Assembly (NCBI GenBank): GCA_038087875.1
Contig: JAXLNO010000584.1
Span: 1 to 64,000 of the forward strand
Direction: 5' to 3'
From: Malacoraja senta
Lineage: Eukaryota
Length of the DNA stretch: 64,000 nucleotides
Shown here: one piece after another, positions 33,290 through 44,389 of the stretch
Layout of the letters: the number at the start of each line of letters is the position of its first letter
Numbering within the stretch: position 1 is the first letter of the stretch
Position numbers and translations under genes: made by a program
The notes under the pieces: model-generated
Database searches by the model: none
The model's input: only the letters and a program-made list of their open reading frames with translations
Told to the model about the DNA's origin: nothing

Positions 33290-35199
33290 ATGTGGGAAAA
33301 GTATTTTGAATATTTAGACGTGGATAAAATCTTGTACGTGATCATTGCTGCCGTTGGAGTCCCTGGTAAGTGAGCAGAACAATTCAAGTTGTATAACTCC
33401 GTGTGTTAACTGGTATTGACCTGTTTCTCATCATGTTGCAAGTTCCCAACTGATGATCGTTGTACAATAATATGTGAAGAATATCAATCTCTTAGTGAAA
33501 TATTTGTGAATTAACACTGCTGTGATTTGTCTTATTTTCTCTCACTGCTGCCGGCCAGGAGCCACTAGAATGTTGTTCTTGCCTTCAGTGGCACCTTGCC
33601 CAGAGTTGTCCCAGTGCTCGGGGCAGGCAGGCAGGCAGCTCTCGGTGACGGTGTGACTGGGAAGAGAGGGGTTCACATTGCGAAGTTCACTGTGTCTGAG
33701 TTATTGATCAGAGTGAACAGCCGCTCCTGTGGACACTGTGTCTCACTGTGGAGTCTGTCTGTCACAGTCGGATTCCACCCACCGCCTGTTGGTCAATAAT
33801 TGGATCGATCTCCTGGACCAGTGGTCGCGGATCTACCAGCGTGTGTATGTTGTTACTGAACTGAACTCATTGTGGAATGAATCCATTAACGAAGCCACTC
33901 TGCTGCCGGATTCTAAGATGTCGCTGCCTTCCCTCTGGAAGCCTCCTCGTCCCATCAGATGCCGAGTTCCCAGAGCCATGTTAAACGCGGCCGGGAGCTC
34001 ACGGTTAAGTCTGTGAAAGCGGCCCCATCAGAGTCTGTGAGCAGCAGCAGTGTTAAATATAGAAAGGACCATTGCGCCTATTATAGCGGGTGGCTGCTCT
34101 TTCCCTCCCCGCCTTTACCCGCCCGCCCGTCGCCTTATCTCTTCTCCCTGAAGCAGACAGGCAGGTTAAACTTGCAGCAGCCACGCACCGACTCCAACAC
34201 GCCGGATATTGAGCTGAAAGTCAAGCCGGTGTTCAGCCCCGGAGAATGTGTTGAGCAAATTCCCAGTGTCCGTTCCCTTCTTTTTCCGCAGTGAATTTAG
34301 TGGCGATTGTGATCCTGTCCCGGGGAAAGTGCGGCCTCTCCACCTGCACCACTCGCTACCTGGTGGCCATGGCAGCGGCCGATCTACTGGTCCTGATCAC
34401 CGGGGTCATTTTGGATCGGCTCCGATATTTTTACTTTTATTGGAGTTTCCTGGCCATCACGCCGGTGTGCCGTGTTAACGAAGTACTGAGGTTTGCAGCC
34501 TACACACTGTTCTGTCTGGTTCACCGTCACTTTCACCTTTGATCGCTTTGTCGCCATTTGTTGCCAGAAGCTTAAAACTAAATATTGCAGCGGAAAAACT
34601 GCGGCTGCGGTACTGGCAGCAGCCGGCGTTCTGGTCTGTCTGATAAACGTTCCCCGCTACTTCATGGTGGAACCCTATACAATCATCGACAATGTCCCGT
34701 GGTTCTGTAACCTGGTGGACAGTGTTTACACTGACCCCGGGTGGGCAGCATTTGACTGGATCCATACGGTTTAAATCCGATTCTCCCTTTCGCTGTAATC
34801 CTACTGCTCAACGCTCTGACAGTCCGGCACATTTTAGTGGCCAGTCGGGTCCGTAAGGGCTGAGGGGTGAGAGCAAGGGGGAGAACCGCAGTGACCCGGA
34901 GATGGAGAGCAGGAGGAGGTCTGTGGTTTTACTCTTCACCATCTCCTGCAGCTTCATCCTCCTGTGGCTGACCCTGGTTGTAAACGTCTTCTATTATCAG
35001 ATCACAGGAATTGGAAATGATATGAATGATTCTCAATATATCTTCAACAACGTCGGGTATTTGCTGAGTAATCTCAGCTGCTGCACCAACCACATTTATT
35101 TATGCGGTGACCCAGTCCAAGTTCAGGGAGCAGGTGAAGCGCGCGTTGAAATATCCTCTCACCTCAGTGCTTCGGCTCATTAATAAATCCCCGCCCTGA
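33290..35199 (+). pseudogene. Class A GPCR, GPR139/GPR142-like, two exons (33290-33365, 34292-35199); frameshifted as assembled
   Basis: Exon 1 MWEKYFEYLDVDKILYVIIAAVGVP|GTAAGT; pyrimidine tract plus CAG acceptor at 34291; the phase-1 join gives TM1 GVPVN. Then TM2 LVAMAAADLL, TM3 DRFVAIC, TM6 FILLWLT, TM7 SCCTNTFIY, stop at 35197-35199 (984 nt, 327 aa if repaired). Four single-base indels relative to the other copy (~34500, ~34771, ~34858, ~35090) could be sequencing errors. Confidence 0.85.
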
Positions 35200-35271
35200 G
35201 TGCATCCATCCCAGAGGCGGCCGCAGTCTCTCCGCTCCGGGCTTCGGCACCTGACATTCACAGCCGGAAGC

Positions 35272-35583
35272 CATGAGGGAGAGAGGAGCTGGCCAAAGTT
35301 GACTGGAAAGATCCCCTAGTAGAGATGACAGTGGAACAACAATGGCTGGTGTTCCTGGGAATAATACAGAGGGTGCATGTTCAGTTCATTCCAAAGAGGA
35401 AGAAAGATTCCAAGGGGAGAAAGGAGTGACCGTGGCTGACAAGGACGTCAGGGACAGTATAAAAATTAAAGCGAAGTTGTACAGCGTAGCAAAGATGAGC
35501 GGGTAGCAAAAGGATTGAGTAATGTTTAAAGAGCAACAGAAGATAACCAAAACACAATACGGGGAGAATAGATGAGGTACGAG
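35272..35583 (+). mobile_element. Degenerate CR1 ORF2 internal fragment
   Basis: Translates ELAKVDWKDPLVEMTVEQQWLVFLGII...FIPKRKK...PWLTR...RDSIK, homologous to the endonuclease-RT linker at 1590-1900; contains stops. Confidence 0.8.
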
Positions 35584-36680
35584 GAGAGAGAGAGATATGG
35601 GAGAGAGAGAGAGAGAGATGGGAGAGAGAGAGGTGAGAGAGAGAGGAGGGAGAGAGGGTGCGAGAGAGGGTAGAGAGAGAGGGAGAGAGTGAGAGAGGGG
35701 AGAGGGAGAGGGGGGAAGAACGAGGGTAGAGAGGGATGGTAGAGAGAGAGAGGAAGGAGAGAGAGTGGGTAGCGAGACAGGGTAGAGACAGGGAGAGAGA
35801 GGGGGAGAGAGTGAGGGGGAGAAGAGGGTAGAGAGAGGGTAGAGAGAGAGGGTGAGAGAGGGAGGGTAGAGAGAGAGGGTAGAGAGAGAGGGTAGAGAGA
35901 GGGGGTAGAGAGAGGGTGGGAGAGGGGAGAGAGCGGAGGGAAGCGAGAGGGAGGAGAGAGGGAGGGGGATAGAGAGGGGGAGAGAGAAAGGGGGGGTAGA
36001 GGGGGTAAGAGAGAGGGGGAGAGAGGGAGAGAGAGGGAGGATAGGGGAGGGAGAGGGGGGTAGAGAGGGGAGAGAGAGAGGGGACAGAGAGAGGGGAGAG
36101 AGAGGGGGGGAGAGAGGGAGAGAGGGAGAGGAGTGAGAGAGCGGGGAGAGAGAGACCGGGAGAGATAGACGTGCAGAGAGAGATGGATGAGAGAGAGACG
36201 GGGAGATAGAGAGAGGAAGAGAGAGACGAGGAGAGATAGAGAGGGGAGGAGTAAGAGAGGGGGAGAGAGGGAGAGAGGGAGAGAGAGGAAGAGTTGACGG
36301 GAGAGGGCGAGAGAGAGGGGGAGAGAGAAAGGGGAGAGAGAGAGAGAGGGAGAAAGGGGGGTAGAGAGGGGAGAGAGAGACGGGGAGAGAGGGAGGGGAG
36401 AGGGAGGGTTGGAGAGAGAGGGAGGGAGGGGGAGAGAGAGCGGAGGGAGAGAGAGTGGGGGAGGGGGAGGGTGGAGAGAGAGAGAGGGGGGAGAATATAT
36501 TGGTGGAGAGAGGAGAGAGGGGGAGAAGGGAGAGAGAGGGGGAGAGAGGAGGGGGATAGGGGGGAGAGGGGGGAGAGTGAGAGGGAGAGAGCGGGGGAGG
36601 GGGAGAGAGAGACGGAGAGAGAGAGGAAGAGAGATAGACGAGGAGCGAGAGAGAGGGGAAGGGGGGGGGAGTAAGAGAGG
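35584..36680 (+). repeat. ~1.1-kb polypurine (GA/GGA) tract running into the gap
   Basis: Overwhelmingly G/A. Confidence 0.95.
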
Positions 36681-36880
36681 NNNNNNNNNNNNNNNNNNNN
36701 NNNNNNNNNNNNNNNNNNNNNNNNNNNNNNNNNNNNNNNNNNNNNNNNNNNNNNNNNNNNNNNNNNNNNNNNNNNNNNNNNNNNNNNNNNNNNNNNNNNN
36801 NNNNNNNNNNNNNNNNNNNNNNNNNNNNNNNNNNNNNNNNNNNNNNNNNNNNNNNNNNNNNNNNNNNNNNNNNNNNNNNN
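36681..36880. other. Assembly gap (200 N), at the symmetry axis of the inverted duplication
   Basis: Run of exactly 200 N, typical of a fixed-size scaffolding join. Confidence 0.99.
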
Positions 36881-37840
36881 CCTTCTCCCCCTCTCTCCAC
36901 CAATATCTTTCTCCCCCTCTCTCTCTCTCTCTCTCCACCCACCCCCGCCCCCACACTCTCCCCCTCCGCTCTCTCTCCCCCTCCCTCCCTCTCTCTCCAA
37001 CCCTCCCTCTCTCCTCCCTCTCTCCCCGTCTCTCTCTCCCCTCTATACCCCCTCTCTCCCTCTCTCTCACTCCCCTTTCTCTCTCCCCCTCTCTCTCGCC
37101 CTCTCCCGTCAACTCTCTCTCTCTCCCTCTCTCCCTCTCTCCCCCCTCTCTTACTCCCCCCCTCTCTATCTCTCCTCGTCTCTCTCTTCCTCTCTCTATC
37201 TCCCCGTCTCTCTCTCCTCCATCTCTCTCTCCACGTCTCTCTCCCGGTCTCTCTCTCCCCCGCTCTCTCACTCCCTCTCCCTCTCTCCCTCTCTCTCCCC
37301 CCTCTCTATCCCCTCTCTCTGCCCCCCTCTCTCTCTCCCCTCCTCTACCCCCCTCTCCCTCCCCTCACCTCCCTCTCTCTCCCTCTCTCCCCCTCTCTCT
37401 TCCCCCTCTATCCCCCCATTTCTCTCTCCCCCTCTCTATCCCCCCTCCCTCTCTCCTCTCTCTCCCTTCCTCCGCTCTCTCCCCTCTCCCTCCCTCTCTC
37501 TACCCCCCTCTCTCTCCCCCTCTCTCTACCCTCTCTCTCTACCCTCCCTCTCTCACCCTCTCTCTCTACCCTCTCTCTACCCTCTTTCTCCCCCTCACTC
37601 TCTCCCCCTCTCTCTCCCCCTGTCTCTACCCTCTCTCGCTACCCACTCTCTCTCCTCCCTCTCTCGCTCTCTACCATCTCTCTCTACCCTCGTTCTTCCC
37701 CCCTCTCCCTCTCCCATCTCTCACTCTCTCCCCCTCTCTCTACCCTCTCTCTCACCCTCTCTCTCCATCCTCTCTCTCTCACCTCTCTCTCTCCCATCTC
37801 TCTCTCTCTCTCTCTCTCTCTCCCATATCTCTCTCTCTCC
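36881..37840 (-). repeat. Polypyrimidine tract, mirror of 35584-~36530
   Basis: Landmarks CCAATAT, CCCGTCAACT and CCCGGTCT are reverse complements of ATATTGG, AGTTGACGGG and AGACCGGG in the left tract. Confidence 0.93.
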
Positions 37841-38153
37841 TCGTACCTCATCTTTTCTCCCCGTATTGTGTTTTTGGTTATCTTCTGTTGCTCTTTAAAC
37901 ATTACTCAATCCTTTTGCTACCCGCTCAACTTTGCTACCCTGTACAACATCGCTTTAATTTTTATACTGTCCCTGACGTCCCTTGTCAGCCACGGTCACT
38001 CCTTTCTCCCCTTGGAATCTTTCTTCCTCTTTGGAATGAACTGAACATGCACCTTCTGTATTATTCCCATAAACACCAGCCATTGTTGTTCCACTGTCAT
38101 CTCTACTAGGGGATATTTCCAGTCAACTTTGGCCAGCTCCTCCCTCCCTCATG
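37841..38153 (-). mobile_element. Degenerate CR1 ORF2 fragment (mirror copy)
   Basis: Reverse complement of 35272-35583; ORF 37684..37902 begins MFKEQQKITKNTIRGEKMRYE. Confidence 0.8.
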
Positions 38154-38224
38154 GCTCCGGCTGTGAATGTCAGGTGCCGAAGCCCTGAGCGGAGAGACTG
38201 CGGCCGCCTCTGGGATGGATGCAC

Positions 38225-40160
38225 TCAGGGCGGGGATTTATTAATGAGCCGAAGCACTGAGGTGAGAGGATATTTGAACGCGCGCTTCACCTGCTCCCTG
38301 AACTTGGACTGGGTCACCGCGTAAATAAATGTGTTGGTGCAGCAGCTGAGATTACTCAGCAAAGCCCGACGTTGTTGAAGATATATTGAGAATCATTCAT
38401 ATCATTTCCAATTCCTGTGATCTGATAATAGAAGACGTTTACAACCAGCGTCAGCCACAGGAGGATGAAGCTGCAGGAGATGGTGAAGAGTAAAACCACA
38501 GACCTCCTCCTGCTCTCCATCTCCGGGTCACTGCGGTTCTCCCCCTTGCTCTCACCCCTCAGCCGCTTACGGACCCGACTGGCCACTAAAATGTGCCGGA
38601 CTGTCAGACCGTTGAGCAGCAGGATTACAGCGAAAGGGAGGAACGGAGTTAAAACCGTATGGATCCAGTCAAATGCTGCCCACCCGGGGTCAGTGTAAAC
38701 ACTGTCCACCAGGTTACAGAACCACGGGACATTGTCGATGATGGTATAGGGTTCCACCATGAAGTAGCGGGGAACGTTTATCAGACAGACCAGAACGCCG
38801 GCTGTTGCCAGAACCACAGCCGCAGTTTTCCCGGTGCAATATTTAGTTTTAAGCTTCTGGCAACAAATGGCGACAAAGCGATCAAAGGTGAAAGTGACGG
38901 TGAACCAGACAGAACAGTGTGTAGCTGCAAACCTCAGTACTTCGTTAACACGGCACACAGGGGTGATGGCCAGGAAACTCCAATAAAAGTAAAAATATCG
39001 GAGCCGATCCAAAATGACCCCGGTGATCAGGACCAGTAGATCGGCCGCTGCCATGGCCACCAGGTAGCGAGTGGTGCAGGTGGAGAGGCCGCACTTTCCC
39101 CGGGACAGGATCACAATCGCCACTAAATTCACTGCGGAAAAAGAAGGGAACGGACACTGGGAATTTGCTCAACACATTCTCCGGGGCTGAACACCGGCTT
39201 GACTTTCAGCTCAATATCCGGCGTGTTGGAGTCGGTGCGTGGATGCTGCAAGTTTAACCTGCCTGCCTGCTTCAGGGGAGAAGAGATAAGGCGACGGGCG
39301 GGCGGGTAAAGGCGGGGAGGGAAAGAGCAGCCACCCGCTATAATAGGCGCAATGGTCCTTTCTATATTTAACACTGCTGCTGCTCACAGACTCTGATGGT
39401 GCCGCTTTCACAGACTTAACCGTGAGCTCCCGGCCGCGTTTAACCATGGCTCTGGGAACTCGGCATCTGATGGGGACGAGGAGGCTTCCAGAGGGAAGGC
39501 AGGGACATCTTAGAATCCGGCAGCAGAGTGGCTTCGTTAATGGATTCATTCCACAATGAGTTCAGTTCAGTAACAACATACACACGCTGGTAGATCCGCG
39601 ACCACTGGTCCAGGAGATCGATCCAATTATTGACCAACAGGCGGTGGGTGGAATCCGCCTGTGACAGACAGACTCCACAGTGAGACACAGTGTCCACAGG
39701 AGCGGCTGTTCACTCTGATCAATAACTCAGACACAGTGAACTTCGCAATGTGAACCCCTCTCTTCCAGTCACACCGTCCCCGAGAGCTGCCTGCCTGCCT
39801 GCCCCGAGCACTGGGACAACTCTGGGCAAGGTGCCACTGAAGGCAAGAACAACATTCTAGTGGCTCCTGGCCGGCAGCAGTGAGAGAAAAAGAGGGTTAG
39901 TTTCAGCTGTCTGGAAATAAGACAAATCACAGCGTTAATTCACAAATATTTCACTAAGAAGATTGATATTCTTCACATATTATTGTACAACGAACATCAG
40001 TTGGGAACTTGTAACATGATGAGAAACAGGTCAATACCAGTTAACACACGGAGTTATACAACTTGAATTGTTCTGCTCACTTACCAGGGACTCCAACGGC
40101 AGCAATGATCACGGACAAGATTTTATCCACGTCTAAATATTCAAAATACTTTTCCCACAT
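38225..40160 (-). CDS. Class A GPCR, GPR139/GPR142-like, two exons (40160-40085, 39131-38225); one -1 frameshift in TM7 as assembled
   Basis: ORF 38356..39132 is open from TM1 into TM7 (NLVAIVILSRGKCGLS...DRFVAICCQKLKTKYC...MESRRRSVVLLF); GT/AG sites intact. GGGCTTTG vs GGGTATTTG at ~38364 shifts the frame before SCCTNTFIY, so functional status is uncertain. Confidence 0.8.
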
Positions 40161-41061
40161 TTTCTCTGCCCAGCGACGTGGCCCCGTGAGCTACCGGTAA
40201 TGTCTCGGAATGAAATGCTGGGACAGAACATTCCCCGAGATTTTATACCATTTTCCGTCTCCACCGGGACAGTGAAGTTTCAACAGAGTTTAAAAATAGA
40301 GATTTAGAAATGATTCACAAACAGATGACATCAGCCGAGTGAAATCCCTGCTGAGACAGGTTGTGATTTATGCAGGGAATTGATTGAGAAACTCCAAACA
40401 CTGGGAATTGTGGCGATATATACTGATGGATGGAAATTGGGAGCGGCGGCATTGTTCCAGCAAAGGGGAAATTGTTTCAAACTCCATCAGATCCAACTCT
40501 CCACCTCATGTTGTTTGTCTGATTTCCTTCAATCCGTTTCACTCAGCAAGGCAATGCCAAATTCCAGGGACCCTCTCAGGGCTTCTGATGCCCAGTTTGA
40601 AGGTGGACTGGACTGGGCGACCTTTGTCCACGGGTTGAGGAATTAGTTCAACACATCACCTCGAACTAAAATGCCCCCCCCCTCCACTCTGCTTCACCAC
40701 TCAATATGATCGCGGCTTCACTGACTGTGACCTCAACCGCACACTCCCGCTGACTGACCCCGGGAACCATTCACTCCCTGCTTGCCTGGAATAGATCTGA
40801 CTATACCATGGGACAATCACATTCTCTGCCTTCCTTCATCACCTCTGTGGAGGAATGACCCAGAGTCTCACGACACTCAGAGAACAGAAACATTGCCGCC
40901 TCAGAATTGTCCTAAACCTAAATATAACGGCTAATGTTGCAGCACCTCTCCCTCCTCTCTTTCTCGCTCCCTCCATCCTCACTGCTGTCACTCTCTCTGA
41001 ACTGTTACTCTCTCTCCTACGCTCTCTCTTCCCCCTCTCTGGGCTGCCCTCTCTCCGCCCA

Positions 41062-41709
41062 CTGATGGAGTGACACACAGTGGGATATTACTGATAGAGG
41101 GATAAAAATAGGGCAGAACTGACGCAGGGACACACCGTGGTGGTACTGATGGAGGGACACACTGTGGTGGTACTGATGGAGGGACACACTGTGGTGGTAC
41201 TGATGGACACACTGTGGTGGTACTGATGGAGGGACACACTGTGGAGGTACTGATGGAGGGACACACTGTGGTGGTACTGATGGAGGGACATACTGTGGTG
41301 GTACTGATGGAGGGACACACTGTGGTGGTACTGATGGAGGGACACACTGTGGTGGTACTGATGGAGGGACACACTGTGGTGGTACTGATGGAGGGACACA
41401 CTGTGGTGGTACTGATGGAGGGACACACTGTGGTGGTACTGATGGAGGGACACACTGTGGTGGTGGTACTGATGGAGGGACACACTGTGGAGGTACTGAT
41501 GGAGGGACACACTGTGGTGGTACTGATGGAGGGACATACTGTGGTGGTACTGATGGAGGGACACACTGTGGTGGTACTGATGGAGGGACACAGTGTGGTG
41601 GTACTGATGGAGGGACACACTGTGGTGGTACTGATGGAGGGACACACTGTGGTGGTACTGATGGAGGGACACACATGTGGAGTAGTACTGATAGCGTGAC
41701 ACACTGTGG
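41062..41709. repeat. 27-bp minisatellite (mirror copy)
   Basis: ATGGAGGGACACACTGTGGTGGTACTG repeats. Confidence 0.95.
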
Positions 41710-41953
41710 GGTAGTAATCTGGGCTAATACTTATAGTGACAGATTTTCATATCGTTTCAAGTATTCTTTCCTTTAGTCACTCTGATTGAAGACACGGGTT
41801 CAGGAGATAATCGAAACACATTCACGAGCTCTTCCCGAGACATTCAATGCCGTCGAAAGGGAAATCTTCCAAACACAGTCTCTTGATTAATAGTTTCTTT
41901 AGTGTAGTAGCAAAAACAGTAAGATATTCATCCAAACTTCTTCTATAAGTACA

Positions 41954-44389
41954 CTAGATTAAGTGAGACCCGTTGGATCCCAGCTTCACACGGGAGGGCT
42001 GGTCCCACAAAGCAATTTTCCACCTCTCCACCAATTCCAATATTACTGGCCAGTGGGGGGAGGGGGGAGCTTGTGGAGAGCTAACATCGGTTTTGTGGTC
42101 CGAATGGATTCTTGGGCTGGCAGCTCAGAATCTCAGGCCTGGTGGGCTGGCAGAAACTCAGGCCTGGTGGGCTGGCAGCTCAGAAACTCAGGCCTGGTGG
42201 GCTGGCAGCTCAGAAACTCAGGCCTGGTGGGCTGGCAGCTCAGAAACTGCCAGAAATTGTGCTGAAAACAGGTAGAGTCTTTGTGAGAGAGTAGGGGAGA
42301 GGGTGGACAATCAATTTTAGACATTTTCATCTTTTTTTCAGATCACAGCAATGAAGGAGGAAAGTCTATCCTTGCGTGGATCTCTGAAGCGCTAGTATGG
42401 GTGTTGTGGGCTGAAGAGACTGGTTTCCAGAGGGCTAGTATGGACATTGTGGACTGAATGGATTCTTGGACTTACAGTTCACTAAGTCATGACTGATGGG
42501 CTGGCACTTCAGTCACTTACAGCTGGTGTGGTGGCAGTTCACTCAGTTACCCCTCCTTCCTTCACCCCGAACTCTGCTCCTTGCATTTCCCCTCCCCCCC
42601 CACACATTCAGTCCATGTCCCCTCAACCTCTCCCCCTCCCCCAGGCACTCTTAGTGGCTCTCTGACAGCACAGCCATTCCTGCCCATTACGTACCCATTG
42701 TGATGAAGAACACGCAGACATGGCAAGTGGAAAAATGATTTATTAAAGTTTAAAATATGAACGAGTCTTAAAACATTGCAAGTCCAACCTCACAGCACTC
42801 CAAGCAGAGTGCAGGCAGCAAGTCCAACCTCACAGCACTCCAAGCAGAGTGCAGGCAGCAAGTCCAACCAGACAGCAAGCAGAGTGCAGGCAGCAAGTCC
42901 AATCTCACAGCACTCCAAGCACTCCAACAGAGACACACACATACACATACACAAACACAGAGCACACACAGAGAGAGACAAACACACAGAAACACACACA
43001 CAGACAGACACACACACACACACAGACACACACACAGACACACACAGAGAGACACACAGGGACACACACACAGGGACACACACACAGGGACACACACACA
43101 GGGACACACACAGGAACACACACACACAAAAACACACACACACAAACACAAAGACACACACACAGACACACACACACACACACACAAACACAAAGAAACA
43201 AACACACACACACACAAACACAAAGAAACACACACACACACACACACACATAAAGACACACAAACACAGACACACACTCACACACAGCACCAATACTAAA
43301 ATGCCAAGTAACTTCAGAATGTGGTAAGCAAACTGAATCCTGTTACTAACGGTTCAGGGCGGTGTCTCCACTATACCCTTCCGCACTGAGCGCCACCTCT
43401 GAACTCACCGGAAATGACGCAATCAGCACCATCTCTCCACCAAGCGGAAGTCACGGAATGAGCGGCAATTTTGCATTAAACACAGTCCTGATCTAATAAA
43501 ACGTTCATTCACTGTTTTTCCTTCCAAAAACGGTTGCACAGCAAGCCACATTTAAAACGCAAGCCACATTAAAACGCAAGCCACATTTATAAAGCAAATG
43601 ACATTTTAAAATATAGGCACAGTTTAGCGGCACAGTCAAAAGACATCCTTTCCATTTAGCGGCACAGTCAAAAGGCACACTTTTCAATTAGCGGCACAGT
43701 CAAAAGGCACACTTTTCAATTAGCGGCACAGTCAAAAGGCATCCTTTCCAATTAGCGGCACAGTCAAAAGGCACACTTTCCATTTAGCGGCACAGTCAAA
43801 AGGCATCCTTTCCATTTAGTGGCACAGTCAAAAGGCACACTTTTCAATTAGCGGCACAGTCAAAAGGCACACTTTTCAATTAGCGGCACAGTCAAAAGGC
43901 ACACTTTTCAATTAGCGACAGTCAAAAGGCACACTTTTCAATTAGCGACACAGTCAAAAGGCACGTAAAAACATTTATTCCTTCCAAACACAGTTCCAAA
44001 TAAACCACATAAAAGCACATAAAACCACACTCAGTTTAGTATACATGTGTTCAGTGTTCAGTTTATTCACTGCTCAGACTGAGAGTCGTGACCTCTCCCT
44101 CCCACATCTTGCAGCGACTGTGGCAAGTGCACACATCCGGGTTTATAGTCCCTCCCCCTCCCAGCGGATGGGGCGTGGCCTCCATGGCATGATTGACAGG
44201 AGAGAGAATTTCAAAATTATATAAACATTAATAAGTCTTATATTTTTCATCGATAGGAAAAATCCTCTGGCCCTAACAGCTGGAGGGGGACTGTGTAATA
44301 TGGCCAAAAATCGAAGCCGTAAGTGGTAGAGATTTTTCTAAAATCAATATACAGTGCAAACAGGAAGTGGTCAAGATTTGACTTTTAAT
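41954..44389 (-). mobile_element. Putative Helitron-like element (right arm) with the same internal 30-bp, 40-bp, (CA)n and 32-bp arrays
   Basis: A|CTAGATTAAGTGAGACCCGTTGGATCCCA at 41953-41982 is the reverse complement of the hairpin-CTAG end; the 32-bp array has ~11 copies here (43625-43963). Confidence 0.55.

Noticed and set aside
33596..34294. Short ORFs in the GPCR intron as extra exons or genes
   Set aside because: No recognisable domains; exon 1 already joins exon 2 in phase to complete TM1.
35381..38109. 520-580-aa ORFs crossing the centre
   Set aside because: Low-complexity GA/CT sequence translated through the N gap.
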